DNA of 64,000 nt from the human T2T-CHM13v2.0 reference genome, Homo sapiens. The translations under genes and the position numbers were made by a program. Under the pieces are notes generated by a model. That model had not been told where the DNA came from and made no database searches. It saw nothing but the letters and a program-made list of their open reading frames with translations. This document shows positions 1 to 14,564 of the stretch, piece after piece. Numbering within the stretch: the stretch's first letter is position 1; each line of letters starts with the position of its first letter. The DNA is taken from NCBI RefSeq assembly GCF_009914755.1, contig NC_060925.1; one strand, 5' to 3'.

Positions 1-437
1 TCCTCCCTGTTTCCCCCTACACTTCCCCTTGGCCCTATTCCATCTGGAAAGACAAACTGTAGAGTCCCCAACCTGACCCAAGCATCTACTCTTTCTCTAC
101 CCTGGTGGGCCAGTGGCAGGTTCTTATTTGACAATATCATCATAAGAGGATTTAAGTCTTAGCATCAGTAAGAAAAAGCAATTCTTCAGGTTGAAGCATC
201 TACACAAAAAATAACCTTTCTCCCTACTGATTGTGATAGCCTCTTGTAACTTCAATAAGTATGCTATTAAAAACTCTGTTTCTTTATTCTGTCTCACCAA
301 ATACCCCCTCCCCACAATAAATTGGGAAATGAAATATATATATATATGAGATAGAAAAATCCCACCTGGACTCACTGGATTAGGTGAATTTGTTTTCCTC
401 ATTGGTGGATGCGTAGGATTTAGCTGCAAAGAGCCTC

Positions 438-456
438 TGGCCAGCAGAGGGCGATA
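438..456 (+). promoter_or_regulatory. CTCF motif TGGCCAGCAGAGGGCGATA
   Basis: Exact match to the core CCASYAGRKGGCR; binding is not shown by sequence. Confidence 0.6.
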
Positions 457-800
457 GTCTCATAGCTTCAAATGTAAGCTACAGGTCCGCCCTCAAAGGT
501 ATCTCTCGGGGAATGTTTCCCTCATCAAGAAGAATCTGTTTAATCCGAAACACAGGACGCTCGATGGTTCTTGTTAGTGCCTCAAATGGAGTCAATCAGT
601 GGCCTCAAAATGTCAGATTTCCTCCCTGGGTTTTACGAGTCTCTCATTTCCTGTTTTTCTTAATGAAAGTTCAAAATCTCCCTGGCAATGATTTTGAATC
701 ACCACAGTTTTCAAGAAATCTGAAAATCCTATTTCTTTTGGTTGGACAGCCATCAAAGATACATGTCAGTCATTCCATCCATCTCTCTTTCTCTCTCAGT

Positions 801-829
<29 letters not shown>
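801..829. repeat. (CA)n microsatellite
   Basis: Direct reading. Confidence 0.95.
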
Positions 830-831
<2 letters not shown>

Positions 832-1440
832 AACTTTCACAATTCTTGCTGACAGCTCAAACCCATGTCTGCAACCAGAGATCCAGCAGAGAAGAAGGAA
901 TGGTTGGAAATTGACTAAGCACTCCAACAAGTTATTTTGCATCGATGATCTGTGTTATGAGAGGTCTCCAACCTGCTCAAAGGTGTGCTTAGCATTACTA
1001 AGGGCACATGGAGTAGTGGCTAAAGCAATTCTTTCTGGTCCGGTCTCCAGGTGGTTAAAGGCATGAAACATATCTTTCCTCTCTTGCAAGAGTACCTATC
1101 AGATGGACCAGCAGTGGGGATTGTGCTTTGGAAAAAGGCAACAGCAACCCACCTCTTGGCTAATTCTGACATAGAAAGCATATTGCACCCACAGCTCCTG
1201 AAGGGCACCCCATGGGCTCTGACTCAGATTGAAAGGGAAAAAATGGAGATCCAAGATTTCACGCTGTCAGCGAATCCGTGTCTTGAGAGGGTGGTAAAGG
1301 CAGACTTGGGATCCTTGGGAGCTCTCCCTCCAGCACTTGAGCCGGGAGGCATGCTGAGCCCCATAATTCCTTACTGCAGCCCTGCCCAGCCAAGCAAGCT
1401 TCCTGCCCCAGAGTTCAGTCTTAACCATCGCTGCGGAGGT

Positions 1441-1912
1441 GCGTTAGTTTGCTAGGAGGACTGCCTAACAAAGGTCACAAACTGGGTGGCTAAAATGACA
1501 GAAATTTACTGTCTCACAATTCTGGAGGCAAGAAGTCTGAGATCAAGGAGTTGTCAGGGTTGGTTCCTTCTGAGGGCTGTGAGGGAGGATCTGTTCCATG
1601 TTTCTCTCCTAGATTTGGGTGATTTGCTTGCAATTTTTGGCATTCTTTGGCTCATAGAAGCATCATCCTATGATCATGAACCTTTATGTTCATGTGGCGT
1701 TCTGCCTGTGTGTGCCTGTGTCCAAAGTTCCCCTTTTTATAAGGACATCAGTCTTACTGCATTAGGGGCCCACCCTCCAACAGTATGACCTCATCTAAAA
1801 TTAACTAATTACATCTACAATGACCCCACTTCCGAATGAGGTCACATTCTGGGATACTGGAGGTTTGGACCCCAGCATATAAATTTTGGAGGGACACAAT
1901 TCACCTCATAAT
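1441..1912. mobile_element. MaLR solo LTR, MLT1-type
   Basis: Typical MLT1 segments: cacaaactgggtggct, ctcacaattctggaggc, aagtctgagatcaagg, gaggtcacattctg, ggacacaattca. Confidence 0.75.
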
Positions 1913-2018
1913 GGGAGGGCATGCCTCCCCTAACGACCAACCCATCTTCCAGGCTAGATGGGGATGCCAATGGCCAGGGGATAAAGCAAACAAAAAAAAG
2001 CCACATTCATTAAGTAGA

Positions 2019-2269
<251 letters not shown>

Positions 2270-3290
2270 TGATTGGTAAAATTTTAAACAAGAGTGGTAT
2301 GTTCCATCAATCCAGCAGGGCTAGGAAAGAATGGGAATGGGAGAAGGACAAAACTAGAGGAAATAAGACCAACTCAGAGGCTTTTACTATAATCCAGGTA
2401 AGAGATGATGAAGTCAACCCATGAAGAGATGGAGAAGAACATGCAAATATAAGAAATATTTAGGAGGTAAAATCAGCGAGGCTTGGAGGCTTATCAGATG
2501 TTGTGGAGTAAAGGAGGGTGGAGAGTGCAAGTGGCTCAGACTTCTAGGTTGGATGATGGAGAAGACGACAGAGGACACAGGTGGAGGAACAGGTGGGGAA
2601 GAAGATGTCAGGGTCATTGTATGGCTCTGCTTTACCCCAATCCTTCATGCTCCCGGCTTCACTTCACTATCTATTATCTAATGGTTTCTCACTCCCTGTT
2701 TAGGTGCAGTTGTGGACATGCTGAACTTGAAGTGACTATAGGACAGGGGTGGTGTTCATCCCTGCCTTCAAAGAATTCATGTTCTAATAGAGACGACAGA
2801 CTCTATTAGATGTGTGATCCAAATATGCCTAGACTCAACTACTTACAATTCCACATTCCATGCTCCACAATCCCCAAAGTGCCCTGGAAATCTAAATAGA
2901 ATTTTTTAAAATATAAATTTGAAGTAAGTTCATTTGGCAGCAAAACGGAACTGAATGGACTTGAGCTCACGACTTGACTCATCAACTGTGAACAGGGGTA
3001 GGTTCTACACAGAAGTTGTGATGCCCATTAGAGTCATATAATGGGGAAATGAGCATTTTCCAGCAGAAAGGGGGTAGAAGTGCAGAAAGGGGAAAGGGTG
3101 CTGTTTAGACCTCGTAGATGTTCTCCATGCTCATCAGACCTCACTGGCTGTCAATATTGCATTATTCTTCCTGTTCTATAGATAAAACTAAGGCTCAGAT
3201 TCATCTGAAGTCACCCGACAGGGACTCAAATTTAGAATGGAAAGCTCTTCTATGAGATGAGAATTTGCAAAGAGATGCTAGGACCTGAAC

Positions 3291-3607
<317 letters not shown>

Positions 3608-3865
3608 TGAACTGTCTTTATACTAAGATTTGTGATTGATTGACTTTTTCATGTCACATTCCAGTTGTTTTCATGTTGAATAAACATCACCCATAGACGT
3701 GTTTTGTTTTACACACCTGAGCTCTAATATACCCTTCTCCAATCCATGGGCTAGAAGCAGAATCTCTCTCAGGGGTCATGTTCTGAAGGGAGAAATTTTG
3801 CCATACTCTTCTTGAGAAGATAAAAGGTGCAGAACAGTCCTTGAATTTAAAAACTAGAAGTAGAC

Positions 3866-4180
<315 letters not shown>

Positions 4181-7100
4181 AAAACTAGAAGTAGGCTTTG
4201 TGGAACACAGAGGAAGCAGGTAATACCTGTATGGATGGTTTATCAGTGTCTCTGCTGCAGGTTTCATATGTCAATTCTATGCACAAAATGTCTAATATTT
4301 AATGGTGGCAGGAGGCAGATTCCCTTGGGATTCCATCAGACACTAATGCTGCCTTGCTCTGGTTAGAAGGCTGGGATATCTGTGCCTGTGTTCACTTTTT
4401 GGAGAAAAGAGGACAAAGCAATGGTCATGAGTCTGGTCTATTGACTTGTTGGCTCATTGCACCCTCAGCTCCTCAGCTGCAACTGAGAGAACTTCAAGCC
4501 TATGTACCCAGCAGCAGACTCAGCATGGTCCCAAGCCTGGACACCAGGACCGTCTTCCTTTAAGGAGCCTCAAAGCCCTTTTAGTTCAATGTTCATGAGA
4601 CTCAGTCAGCATCCAGCCTTTCTCAGGCCCAATGCTGAACTGTGTATAAGTCTCTGCCTTGCTCCCACAACCAATTCTCTTCCCTGAACCGGATATTCCC
4701 GTGTTGCCATCTCTGCATTGGAACTCTGCCCAGTGTCCAATTCCACTAGGACAAAGACATGTCCTTGCTTTTTGTTTCCACCCTCACCTTGGGCTTGGAG
4801 TATTGCCTTGATGGCTCTTGCCCTGAATTCTCCCACCAAACCTCCTCATGCTACCTGCCAGCCTGCTTCCTGAATTTTAATTTACATTTGTTGGATGAAT
4901 TAGTAAGTTACTAGCTGCTACACACTGGGTAGTTAAAGCCACAGAATCTACTCTAAGGGCTCAAAATTTAGTGAAATGGATTAATTTAATAATTGAAAAT
5001 TTTGCATATAATGGAATTATGAGTGAGGTATTGCCAAATGTTGTAGAGAGAGAGGATTATTTTGTTATGGAGGATTTCATAGAGGTGGCAAGATGTGAGC
5101 TGCTCTTCAAGCATAGTTAGGAATCCTCTAAACAGAAAAGGAGCGAACACTCCAGGCAGAGGAAATGGCCCATGCAAAGGCACATGGCCTGAAAATCTCA
5201 GATACTGTCTTCTCTTAGACTCCCTATTCTATGGGAACACTGCTGTATGCACACTTGTTGTGATGCCCCACCTCGCTTCTCATGGGAACTTTGGGATGTG
5301 ATGATTTGTTGGACATAGCACCCATTCCCTATCACCACCCTCTCTAGATACGGAGCTCCTTCTGGTGTCTAAATCTTTCCATTTTCAGCTGGGTTACAGG
5401 CTATGATAAGATCAACCTTACCTTATAAAGAAATGTCCAAAATGCCTGGCCTGGGCTTACTTCATCGGCTGACACTTGCAGAGCTTCCTAGGGCTATAAA
5501 AGGAACAGGGTCTGCCTTGGTGCTGCCCTTTTCTTCTGTCTTTGAAATCTGCCTTCTCGTGCCCAAACCCAGGAGAGGACAGAAGTTTCTCCTTCCTCTT
5601 TCCCTTCTCTCCCCTTCACACCATCTTGCTGCCAAACAAGGGGCTGATTTCAGTATCCCTATTTAGGGTCCTCTGGACCTCAAAATCAATCAATAATTTT
5701 CTGGCATCACCACATCACCTGGCCTTGCCACCTTCACAAGAATATAATTCTTTGTCTCTTTGCAATCCTTTAGGCTGGTTGTTTTTCCCAAGGTTTTGGA
5801 AAACCTGGGCAGACCATTCTTTCTGCTTCCCTCCACCTATTGTGGGGAGGTAGAAATGCTGAAAGCTAAGATCAATACAATCCATAACAAGGACTGGCAA
5901 TGCCAGCCTGCTTTCTGTCCTCATGCTGAGGACTTGTCTCTAACATGGAGCAGAAGGAACCAGCCTTGGATCTGGAGTGGCTATTGTGACTCGTTTCCAA
6001 TTCACTGCACAGAGAAGGAGCCAGGCCATTGTCCTCAGCCCACAGACCTTGCTCTGGAAGCATTGTGCCTGCATTCCACCCCTATGCGAGGTTCTTTCAA
6101 TCCATCTCTGGAGGTCAAATGTGGACCATGGCACTGAAAGCACTCAGACAAGAGATCTGGTGTTTAAATCAAGCAATTGTTTCCTTTCTCAGGAGTACAT
6201 TATTTCTGCTGATTTCTACTTATTGTCAGTCCTATTATTTATATATTCCATCTCAGGAACAACAGCAGAGGAGAACATGTAGCTGATGATGATGCTGCTC
6301 CCTCAGAAACTCTCCTCCTCCTGAAAGCCTAGAAGAATGGAAGAGAGAAGGAGGGTGGGAGTGAGAGGTGTTCACCTCCCTGCAGGGGATGCAAAGGGAA
6401 AGGACAACTGGAAGAAGGATTTTCTTGTTGCTACTCTCCCTAGGGCCAGCTGGGGCTGGATGTGTCCCCAGAAGGCTGTCTGGCTCCCAAGCCCTAGGCA
6501 TTCTAGTTGTTCAAGAGTCCTGGGTGTCACCCTCCCAAACCCATTATAAGGGAAAGATTTTGTCTTTCACTTGCCTCCCTCTTTCTGACTAAGTCCCCTA
6601 ACTAGGGCATATATTGATTGGACTCCTTGGAGATGAGAGTGCTCGGGAGCTCAGTAGGGTTCCTCTAGACAGTTATTCCAAGAGGTGAGGGTGCCTGTAA
6701 CCTCTAAATCACAGGATCTTAAGCTGAGATCTCACTATACATGGAAGTCCTCCGTCCCAGACCTCTGGCTTATGGGTGAGCATGCGTATGCACCCTCTCG
6801 CCTTCTGTGTGAACACTGTCCCCTCCTAAGCCCCATTTGCTCCCTTCACCCAGATCTCTGGAGCCACCTTACATACCATATTACATACCATATTGGTCTC
6901 TGCCATGTCTCAAACTGATTCAGAGCCCCAATGCGTCCTCTTCCTGAGTGCTTGTCATTTTCCAAGCAATTCACATACATTATCTTATTTAGCACTTATG
7001 ACCTTCTTATACCCAATTTATGCTTGAGAAACTGAGGCTCAGAAACGTTTTTAAAACTGTCTGACTCAGCCTCTGCACTACAGTGAGTCTCAAAAAGGTG

Positions 7101-7687
7101 TGCACATATTACAGAATGTCAGGATCTATCCAAGGAAGGGATTCATAAAGGTCATCTATTCACTCAGAAGAACTTTCCAGAATGCCTGTGCCATGCCTGC
7201 TCTTTGATGGTCACTGTGGGGGACAGAAAAGACTCTCGGGAAATCCCTGTGATCCCATTGAGTCCTTTCCACAAGTGGGGAAGGGGCCCAGTAATTGTCC
7301 CTGGGAAGTCTCCAGAAGGCTGACTTGCTGAGGGAGGCTGCAGACAGCTCCCTCTTAAGGCAGAAGAGGGAGATGGGCGGTGGGGGAGCAGTGACAGCTC
7401 ACTGCCTGCGCATCGCCTTACCCACAAGAGACACCTGCAAATATGTGTTGGTTCTTAAAATATTAAAGAAAAGGAGCAGCAGTTACTGCCCATATCAGAA
7501 ATATGATGCTCCGGTTGTGCAATGGGTTACCACGTGGAACTTATACAGAAGAAATATGGAGAATTGTGAGGCAAGGCAGAAGGAGGGGTTGGTCAGACAC
7601 AGTGCCACCAAGAAAAATCCGTTCTCCCCACCAGTCAGCCAGCGGGGAGGACACAGGCACCTCTGGGCCTGTTGCTAGACAGGGCAC

Positions 7688-7706
7688 TGTCACTAGAGGG
7701 CAGTGC
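7688..7706 (+). promoter_or_regulatory. CTCF-like motif TGTCACTAGAGGGCAGTGC
   Basis: One mismatch to the core consensus. Confidence 0.4.
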
Positions 7707-9006
7707 AGCTCATTCTTGGGAGTGAGGGAGCCTGGTCATCCCATCTCCCACAGAGCAATCCTGCTGGGAAATCACCGTGTCCCAGCGGGGCAGGGAGGAG
7801 CAGCACCTGGAGGTAGGTAGACTCGAGATTCTAGGGGTAGGGGACAAAGGTGACATTACTTTTGATGTTTTTATACACATTCTTTCGTTTTATTTGACCC
7901 TGACAGTAGACTCCTGGGGTAGACTGAGATCTTTAGCCCAATTTGACAGATGAGAAGACAAATCATGAAGGTTAGACTCATCCCAGGTTACCCAGCTAAT
8001 AAAGGTGCCAGGTTCCCTAAGCCCCAGTCCCAAGTTGAATCCAGGGCTGTCTGTAAACATGATGACATGGGCTAGATTCCTTAGTGAAATTCTCACTGTT
8101 GTAATTTCTCCCTTTGTTACTTGTGTATTCCCTAGAGCGTTGGGAAGAAACAGAAAAACAAGGTTAAAATGGAATCGCTCAATCAGATACATTGTAAGTA
8201 GCTTTGATAAAAGTTTGGATGAGGCAAGGGATACTTATGACTACCCACTTCCTTTGACTCCACTCCTGCTGGCCTTTCCAGGCCACATCCTGGTGACCTT
8301 GGAGAGTCATCGCAAATGCCTCCAGCTCTGGATACAGAAATGCATGTGGATAATGAAGGATGCAGAGGTGAAAGGTCCTCCAGTCTCTGCTGAGGATCAG
8401 AAGCAGGTTCCCATAGGAAGTGACTAGGTCATAGCCAGAAACCAGAAGCCAAGGGTGATGAGATTCATCCTGTCCTCCATCAACTCTTCCTGGAACATGA
8501 CATAGACCCAGGCTGGGGTCATTTGGGAATATGATTTAAAGCAGTAGAGGTGATAGATTCTTTTAGCACATAGACACAAATCACACACATGAAGAGAGGG
8601 TTGGATGGTCAGATGAAAATCTACATGCCTTGTAGACATTCCACCTGCAAGATCCCCTGCTACCCCCACGTCACCCAAGGTACAGTTAGACATAACCAAA
8701 TGCTTGATGAACACTGGCAGAGGCTGAGGAGGAGGATTGAAGAATCTGGGAAAGAATACATAGGATGGAGAGGCCCAGGGAAACAGGAGAAAAGAAGAAA
8801 GTCCAGGTGGGAAGAGTTGATACCTTCCTCCTAGGCAGAGTGGCCATGAGGACTCAGCCAGACATCCTGGATGAATGGCCCACCTCTGACACACAACTCT
8901 CTGCAGCATCTAAAGAAATTGGAAGATGCAACACAAACCAAACAATGGGCCATTTTGTACATTCTTCAGGATTCTGTGTGTCCATGGGGGCAGCCCATGG
9001 TAAGCC

Positions 9007-9354
9007 TGATATGGTTGGGCTGTGTCACCCACCCTAATCTCATTTTGAATTGTAGCTCCCATAATTCTCACATGTCATGGGAGGGACCCAGTGGAAGGTA
9101 ATTGAATCATGGGTCTTTCCCGTGCTGTTCTCCTGATAGTGAATAAGTCTCATGAGATCTGATGTTTTTATAAAGAGGAGTTCCTCTGCACAAATTCTTT
9201 CTGTTTGCCTGCTGCCATCCATGTAAGACAGGACTTGCTCCGCCTTGCCTTCTGCCATGATTGCAAGGCCTCCCCAGTCCATTAAACTCTTTCCTTTATA
9301 AATTACCCAGTCTCTGGTACGTCTTTATTAGCAGCGTGAGAACAGACTAATACA
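9007..9354 (+). mobile_element. THE1-type MaLR solo LTR
   Basis: TGATATGG...CTAATACA termini; 5-bp TSD AAGCC at 9002-9006 and 9355-9359. Confidence 0.88.
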
Positions 9355-12300
9355 AAGCCCATGTACTTATCATCCATTGTCCTCCTCCTCCCTTCCACGG
9401 TGTCAAATGGCAAATGGTGTCAAACTCAGGACACACCAGAAAACTCTCATTTTCAGGATTTATTTAGCCCTTCAATTTTCAGGACTTTGTGGAAGTGTAG
9501 AGGTCATTGAAGCCTGGTTTCTACCCTCAGAGGGCTTATCATCTAAGCGGCAACCCTGACATGTATCATACCAATTTTAACCCAAGCAGAGTAGGGCAGG
9601 TGCCATTGCAGAGATGCAAGAGCTTTGGAAGAAAAGCGAAAGAGTCATCATTTGCCTGTAGACCCAGGGAAGGATGCTCAGGAGAGGAGAGTTTTTAAAG
9701 ATCCAGCTCAAATAAAAGATGAACATCTCGCAGGCTGCAGGAACAATGTTGTCCAAGACACAGCAGTGTAAAATATCTATTCCTGGAAATACTAGCAGTC
9801 TGGTGTCTTATTTTTAACATAAATAAATACTAAAGCAGCGAGTCTTGCATTGATTCATGCCTGTGAGCCAGTCCATCTCTATGGTCCTATAATTTCCATT
9901 CCCTCCCTCCAGCCCTCATTCGCTGATCAGGAGCACATTCTATTCTCTGTTATCCAACCTCCAACTGGAGATATGTTTTGAAATAAGTGATATTTGCTCT
10001 TTGGTGGCCCCTCTTCCTCCTCATTATCTGTCCTATCATGCCTTCAAGGCCTTGCACGATCTGCTCCTTTTCCTGCCTCACCAGCTGCATTTGGGCTACT
10101 CTCCCCACTACTCTACCTGCCCAGTCACAATGCACTACTCTGTCTTTCCCCAGTAGGTATGGCTCCTTTCCACCCCAGGGCCTTTACACATGCAATTTTT
10201 TGGTTGGTTTTTCTGACTTCTCATGTAGCCAATTCTTTCTCCTGATTCATTTTCCCTTCCCTCTTCCACCCTGGCACATCACCATGTCTTGTCATTTGGC
10301 TGTCCAGAAAGCTCAATCTGGAGATCTAATTAAATGTAAAAGACAATACAGAAAGGAGGTGACGCAAGAATCTGCTCTTAAACAGAGGAAGGATTGCTCT
10401 GTCCTCATGAGCGCATCTCCCTTTTCTCCTCCTTATACCAAACCTTAAGAGGACCGCTTATTTTGTTTACTTGGAGGGGTAAGCGTGGTCGGATGGGAGT
10501 GGTGGATATAACTATCAGGTTCTATATGGCCACTTTCCCCTTTGCCAATGTCACCTGTGACATTGCAAAGCTGTCTCATCATTTCCAGTATGGATTTTGT
10601 GTAGGTATTCAAATCTCTGTGTTTTCTTAATTCTACCACACCCACCACTGACGCCTCCCGAATCTGGTCCCACTCATCCTTAATATGCAGATTCTACTTT
10701 TTCTATAAAACCTTTCCTGATATCTCCATCCTGCAGCAATCTTTCCATGACCCCTATCTCTGGGAACAACGTAAATTAATAATACCTTATTTAGCTATTG
10801 AATGATCTCCAATTGTTATTCTGTAGCTTGTCTTGTCTCCTGTCCTGGGCACATAGTTGATGTTTAATAAATATTTGGTCAAATTGTCAGTTGAGAAAAA
10901 CATAGAGATAAGGCCATTAAAAGAATATGAACTGGGCAAAACTGCAACCACGCATGTGCACGTGCATGTTTTTGTGTATGTGCATGCTTATACCTGTGCT
11001 GTAATGACAAAAGCTCTCTTCCACGTCCTTGAGAGACATTACTAAATGCCCCCTCAGTTCTCTAGTCATCTGTTCTAATATTTGAGCAATGGGTGCTCTG
11101 CCTCCTCGCTAGGCCTCCAATGATTGGCGTATGGCCCGGTCAGTGCTTGCAAGGAGATCTGGCTTCTGACCTCATCATTAAGAGGCAATGCTTTCTCCTC
11201 TGGCACCAGACATCTGCTGAACCTATTTCTGTTTCCACAGCAGAGAATTCATTCCTGGTTCTGTGGCTTGTCCAGCCCAGCAGGGTGCAGGTGAATTGGA
11301 GGGAATGGGAAAGAAAGAGGATTCTGGTGGTCTGATGACAACAGGCAATTCCTTTCCGATTCATCCTTTCATCAGAGTGACTTACAAGGTGCAGAGTTGA
11401 CTGATTCATACACTTGGACAGTAAAAATTGTATGAACATAGGAACTAGGTCTGGTTTCAGATCCCCAATACTTAGTATACATCAGCATTTGATAAATATT
11501 TAAGGAATGAGTATATGTATGTGTGTGCTGGGAAAGTCTTCAGAGAAGCAGAATTCAGCTTCCTCTAGAGATAAACTTTGTAATGTGTGTCAATGCCCAT
11601 GGGCATTATTTGGCGGTCTTAGGCTATGATAAACTCCCCAGCTCCAGAGTGTGCAAACAGGAGGAGGACAGCAGCTTAGTCGGGGATGCTCTACCCAGAG
11701 AGTCTAGGCAATAAATGGGATGTTGTATCAATAACAATAATATGCTATTATTCCTACTTTCAATACTAATAATAGTTACCATTTATTAAGTACTTACTTA
11801 TGTACCAATAATTAGCAAATCATATCTTACTTAATTATGATGACTATCAAAGGCCTTTCTACCCCTGAGGGCTGATAAATCTATCAGGTCCAATAAACAT
11901 TTGCAGAGCCAGGCACAGGAGGAGGATGGAGGAAAGAAAAAAGAGGGGCAAGAAATACAGGCAGAATCACAGCCCTTAAATAACTATCAATTTAAAAAAG
12001 GAGACAGGAAACAAACTAGAATTCAAGGCAAAAAAAGATTAAGAACTAAGAAGAGTTGTAGACAAAGAGTTTTGGGAACACTCCAAAGGGAGGAGTGATC
12101 AGTTGTCAGTGGGGGAGGAAATCTTAGAAGGCTTTCTGGATGTGGAATTTTTGAATCTATAGAATTTCTATAGGTGGAGAATGAGGAAAGGGCATTTTCT
12201 TAACCAACAGATCAGGATAAACGACGGTCAGGAGTTTTGGTGTGAGTGTTATGTTAGAAATAAGTGTTTCATATGGTGTGGCTGGAGTGTCACATGGGTA

Positions 12301-12465
12301 GAAAGAGAGATGCAGTGGAGGAAGGATAGCTTTGTGCTAGATCCTGGAATGCTTTCAATGATGGGCTGAAGTGTTTGGATTTTATTCTGTAGACAATGAA
12401 TGTTTTTGATGAGGAAGCAGTATGTTTTATTGAGGTAATTCTAGAATGAAAGTTACATTGTAGAC

Positions 12466-12816
12466 TGTCTTAGTCTATTCAGGGTGCTGTAACGAAATAC
12501 CATAAACTGGCAACTTGTAAACAGCAGAAATATATTTCTCACCATTCTGGAGGCTGGAAGGCCCAGCAAATTCAATGCCTGATGAGGGTTCACTTCCTAA
12601 TTCGTAGAAGGCACCTTCTCTCTGTGTCCCCATATAGTGGAAGGGGCAGTGCAGCTCTCTAGGGTCTCTTTTATAAGGGCACTGATTCCATTCACAAGGG
12701 CTCCACACTCATGACTTCATCACCTCCCCCAAACCCCATGTTTTAATACCACCACACTGGTGATTAGCTGTCAGCATATGAATTTGGATGGGGACATAAA
12801 TATTCAGACTATGGCA
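12466..12816. mobile_element. MaLR solo LTR, MLT1A-like
   Basis: tgtcttagtctatt...attcagactatggca termini and internal MLT1A-like motifs. Confidence 0.75.
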
Positions 12817-14481
12817 GATAAAGAATGATCATAGCTAAAATTTATTAAGTGCTTACCATGTGCAAGCCACTGTTCTAAGCAGCTGCATTCTGTCTCGCTC
12901 CACCCTACTAGTGTGTGAAATAAGTTTAATAATTATGCCATTTTACAGATGGAAAAACTGAGGCATAGAAAGGTTAAGCCACTTTCCCAAGGCCACATAT
13001 CTGTCAATGGAAGACCCAGGAATCCAACCTAGAAGTCTTCCCCAGAGCCACTTTTAACTATCCTACTGCACCATCTCACCCTATCCTATCACAGTTCTAC
13101 CTGGGTGGGAGGTTGAAGGCCTGAACTGAGATCATAGAGGTGAATATTTGCTTGTATTTGCATAAAGAAATACCATAATAAAAGTGGTCACCTATAGAGG
13201 GCAATGTCAGGGTCAAGGGACAGATAACGAGTAGAAGGGGGTAACACATCTCAATGTATGCCTTTTAATATGGTCATTTTCTTGCCAATATGAATATGTT
13301 ATTTATTCAAAAAACAAGATGACACAAAAGAAATGGTACAAGTTAAAAGCTAATTTCAAGGAACAAATGGAAGTGCATAAGAGCTGGATGGGTTTGGAAG
13401 ACAAATTAAACAGGCAACACAAACAAAGCAAACCCTGGAGTTTCTCAGTTGAGTGTTTGGAAGATGGTAGCTCATTAGCCTAGTTGGGGAAAACAGGAGA
13501 GTGGGTTTGAGGGTGGCCATAACACATTCAGCCTTGTTTGTAGGTGACAGTGGGCATTTGGATGTTGAGGTTGAGCATGATAACCCAGGTGGGGTGTTGA
13601 CTGAGGAGATTCTTATGAAGATGGTAATAGACTCTGTGAGTAGATGGTAACCTTAAGGAGAGAGTAGAGAAGGAGAAAACAAGAGAGCAGATGACAGAGT
13701 TTAAAGAAATCTGCACTAAAGGGACTGCCCCAGAGAAGCTAAGATGGAGACTGTGAAGCCTTGGTCAAGGGCCAGGTTGGAGAGATGAGTACAGGAAACA
13801 GAGGGAGCACAGAGTTTCCGGAGGAGGGGAATGATTTCCTGGGGTCTCATAGGTTAGGACTGAGACAGGTTTGGGGACCAGAATGCTGAGCTTCTGGAGG
13901 AAAAGAGACATATCAAAGATACTGAGTGAGACCGTCCAACTGAGGGGCCCCTTTTGGGACATCCAAGGCCCTTTCTCCCAGTTCTGTAAGAGATAACAAG
14001 CAAGGTGGACACTGTCTTCAGTCCCTACATGTCAGCCAGTGTAGATGTTCTGTTTTTCAGGGAGGTGTTTTTAGACAACATACACCAGCACCTGAGGGGT
14101 TAAAAAGGAAACTGAGGCAGACAATCCTAGAAAGCTTCTCTGATTTTTTTCTGTCATCACCCATTCAGGATAATGGGAACTTATAATTTGATGTTTTTGT
14201 TTTTCATTCTTCCGTTCTGTCTTTCCATCACACACATCAATGCAAACACAATTTCACATACACATGCACACAGACTCACACACACACACACCAGGCAAAA
14301 ATGCACAAGCATTTTTCTGGATAAGACTCATTACTGCACGCTGGGAGGGAGGGTGAGCAGAGCCGAGGAAAGGAAAGAGAGATGCAAGCCACCCTAGCTA
14401 CTTTTACTCCCCTTTAAGGCTGCGTGGTTACGGTCCTGGGAAAGAAAACTCCTGCATTCCTCCCCTTTAATTGGGTTTATT

Positions 14482-14564
14482 GTTAAAGCACTGGAGCAGC
14501 TAATCCTCACAGACCTGTAGGAGCTGGAGTGGGAGCTCAAGCAGGATTCTTCCCGAGTCCCTGG
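14482..14564 (+). other. CAMK1G: CAMK1G exon 1 (non-coding 5' UTR); start approximate
   Basis: Ends at a strong donor CTGG|gtaaga, contains no ATG, and joins exon 2 as in the CAMK1G mRNA as I recall it. The TSS position is approximate. Confidence 0.75.

Noticed and set aside
6869-6892. 12-bp tandem duplication TTACATACCATA x2
   Set aside because: An ordinary slippage duplication with no functional context.
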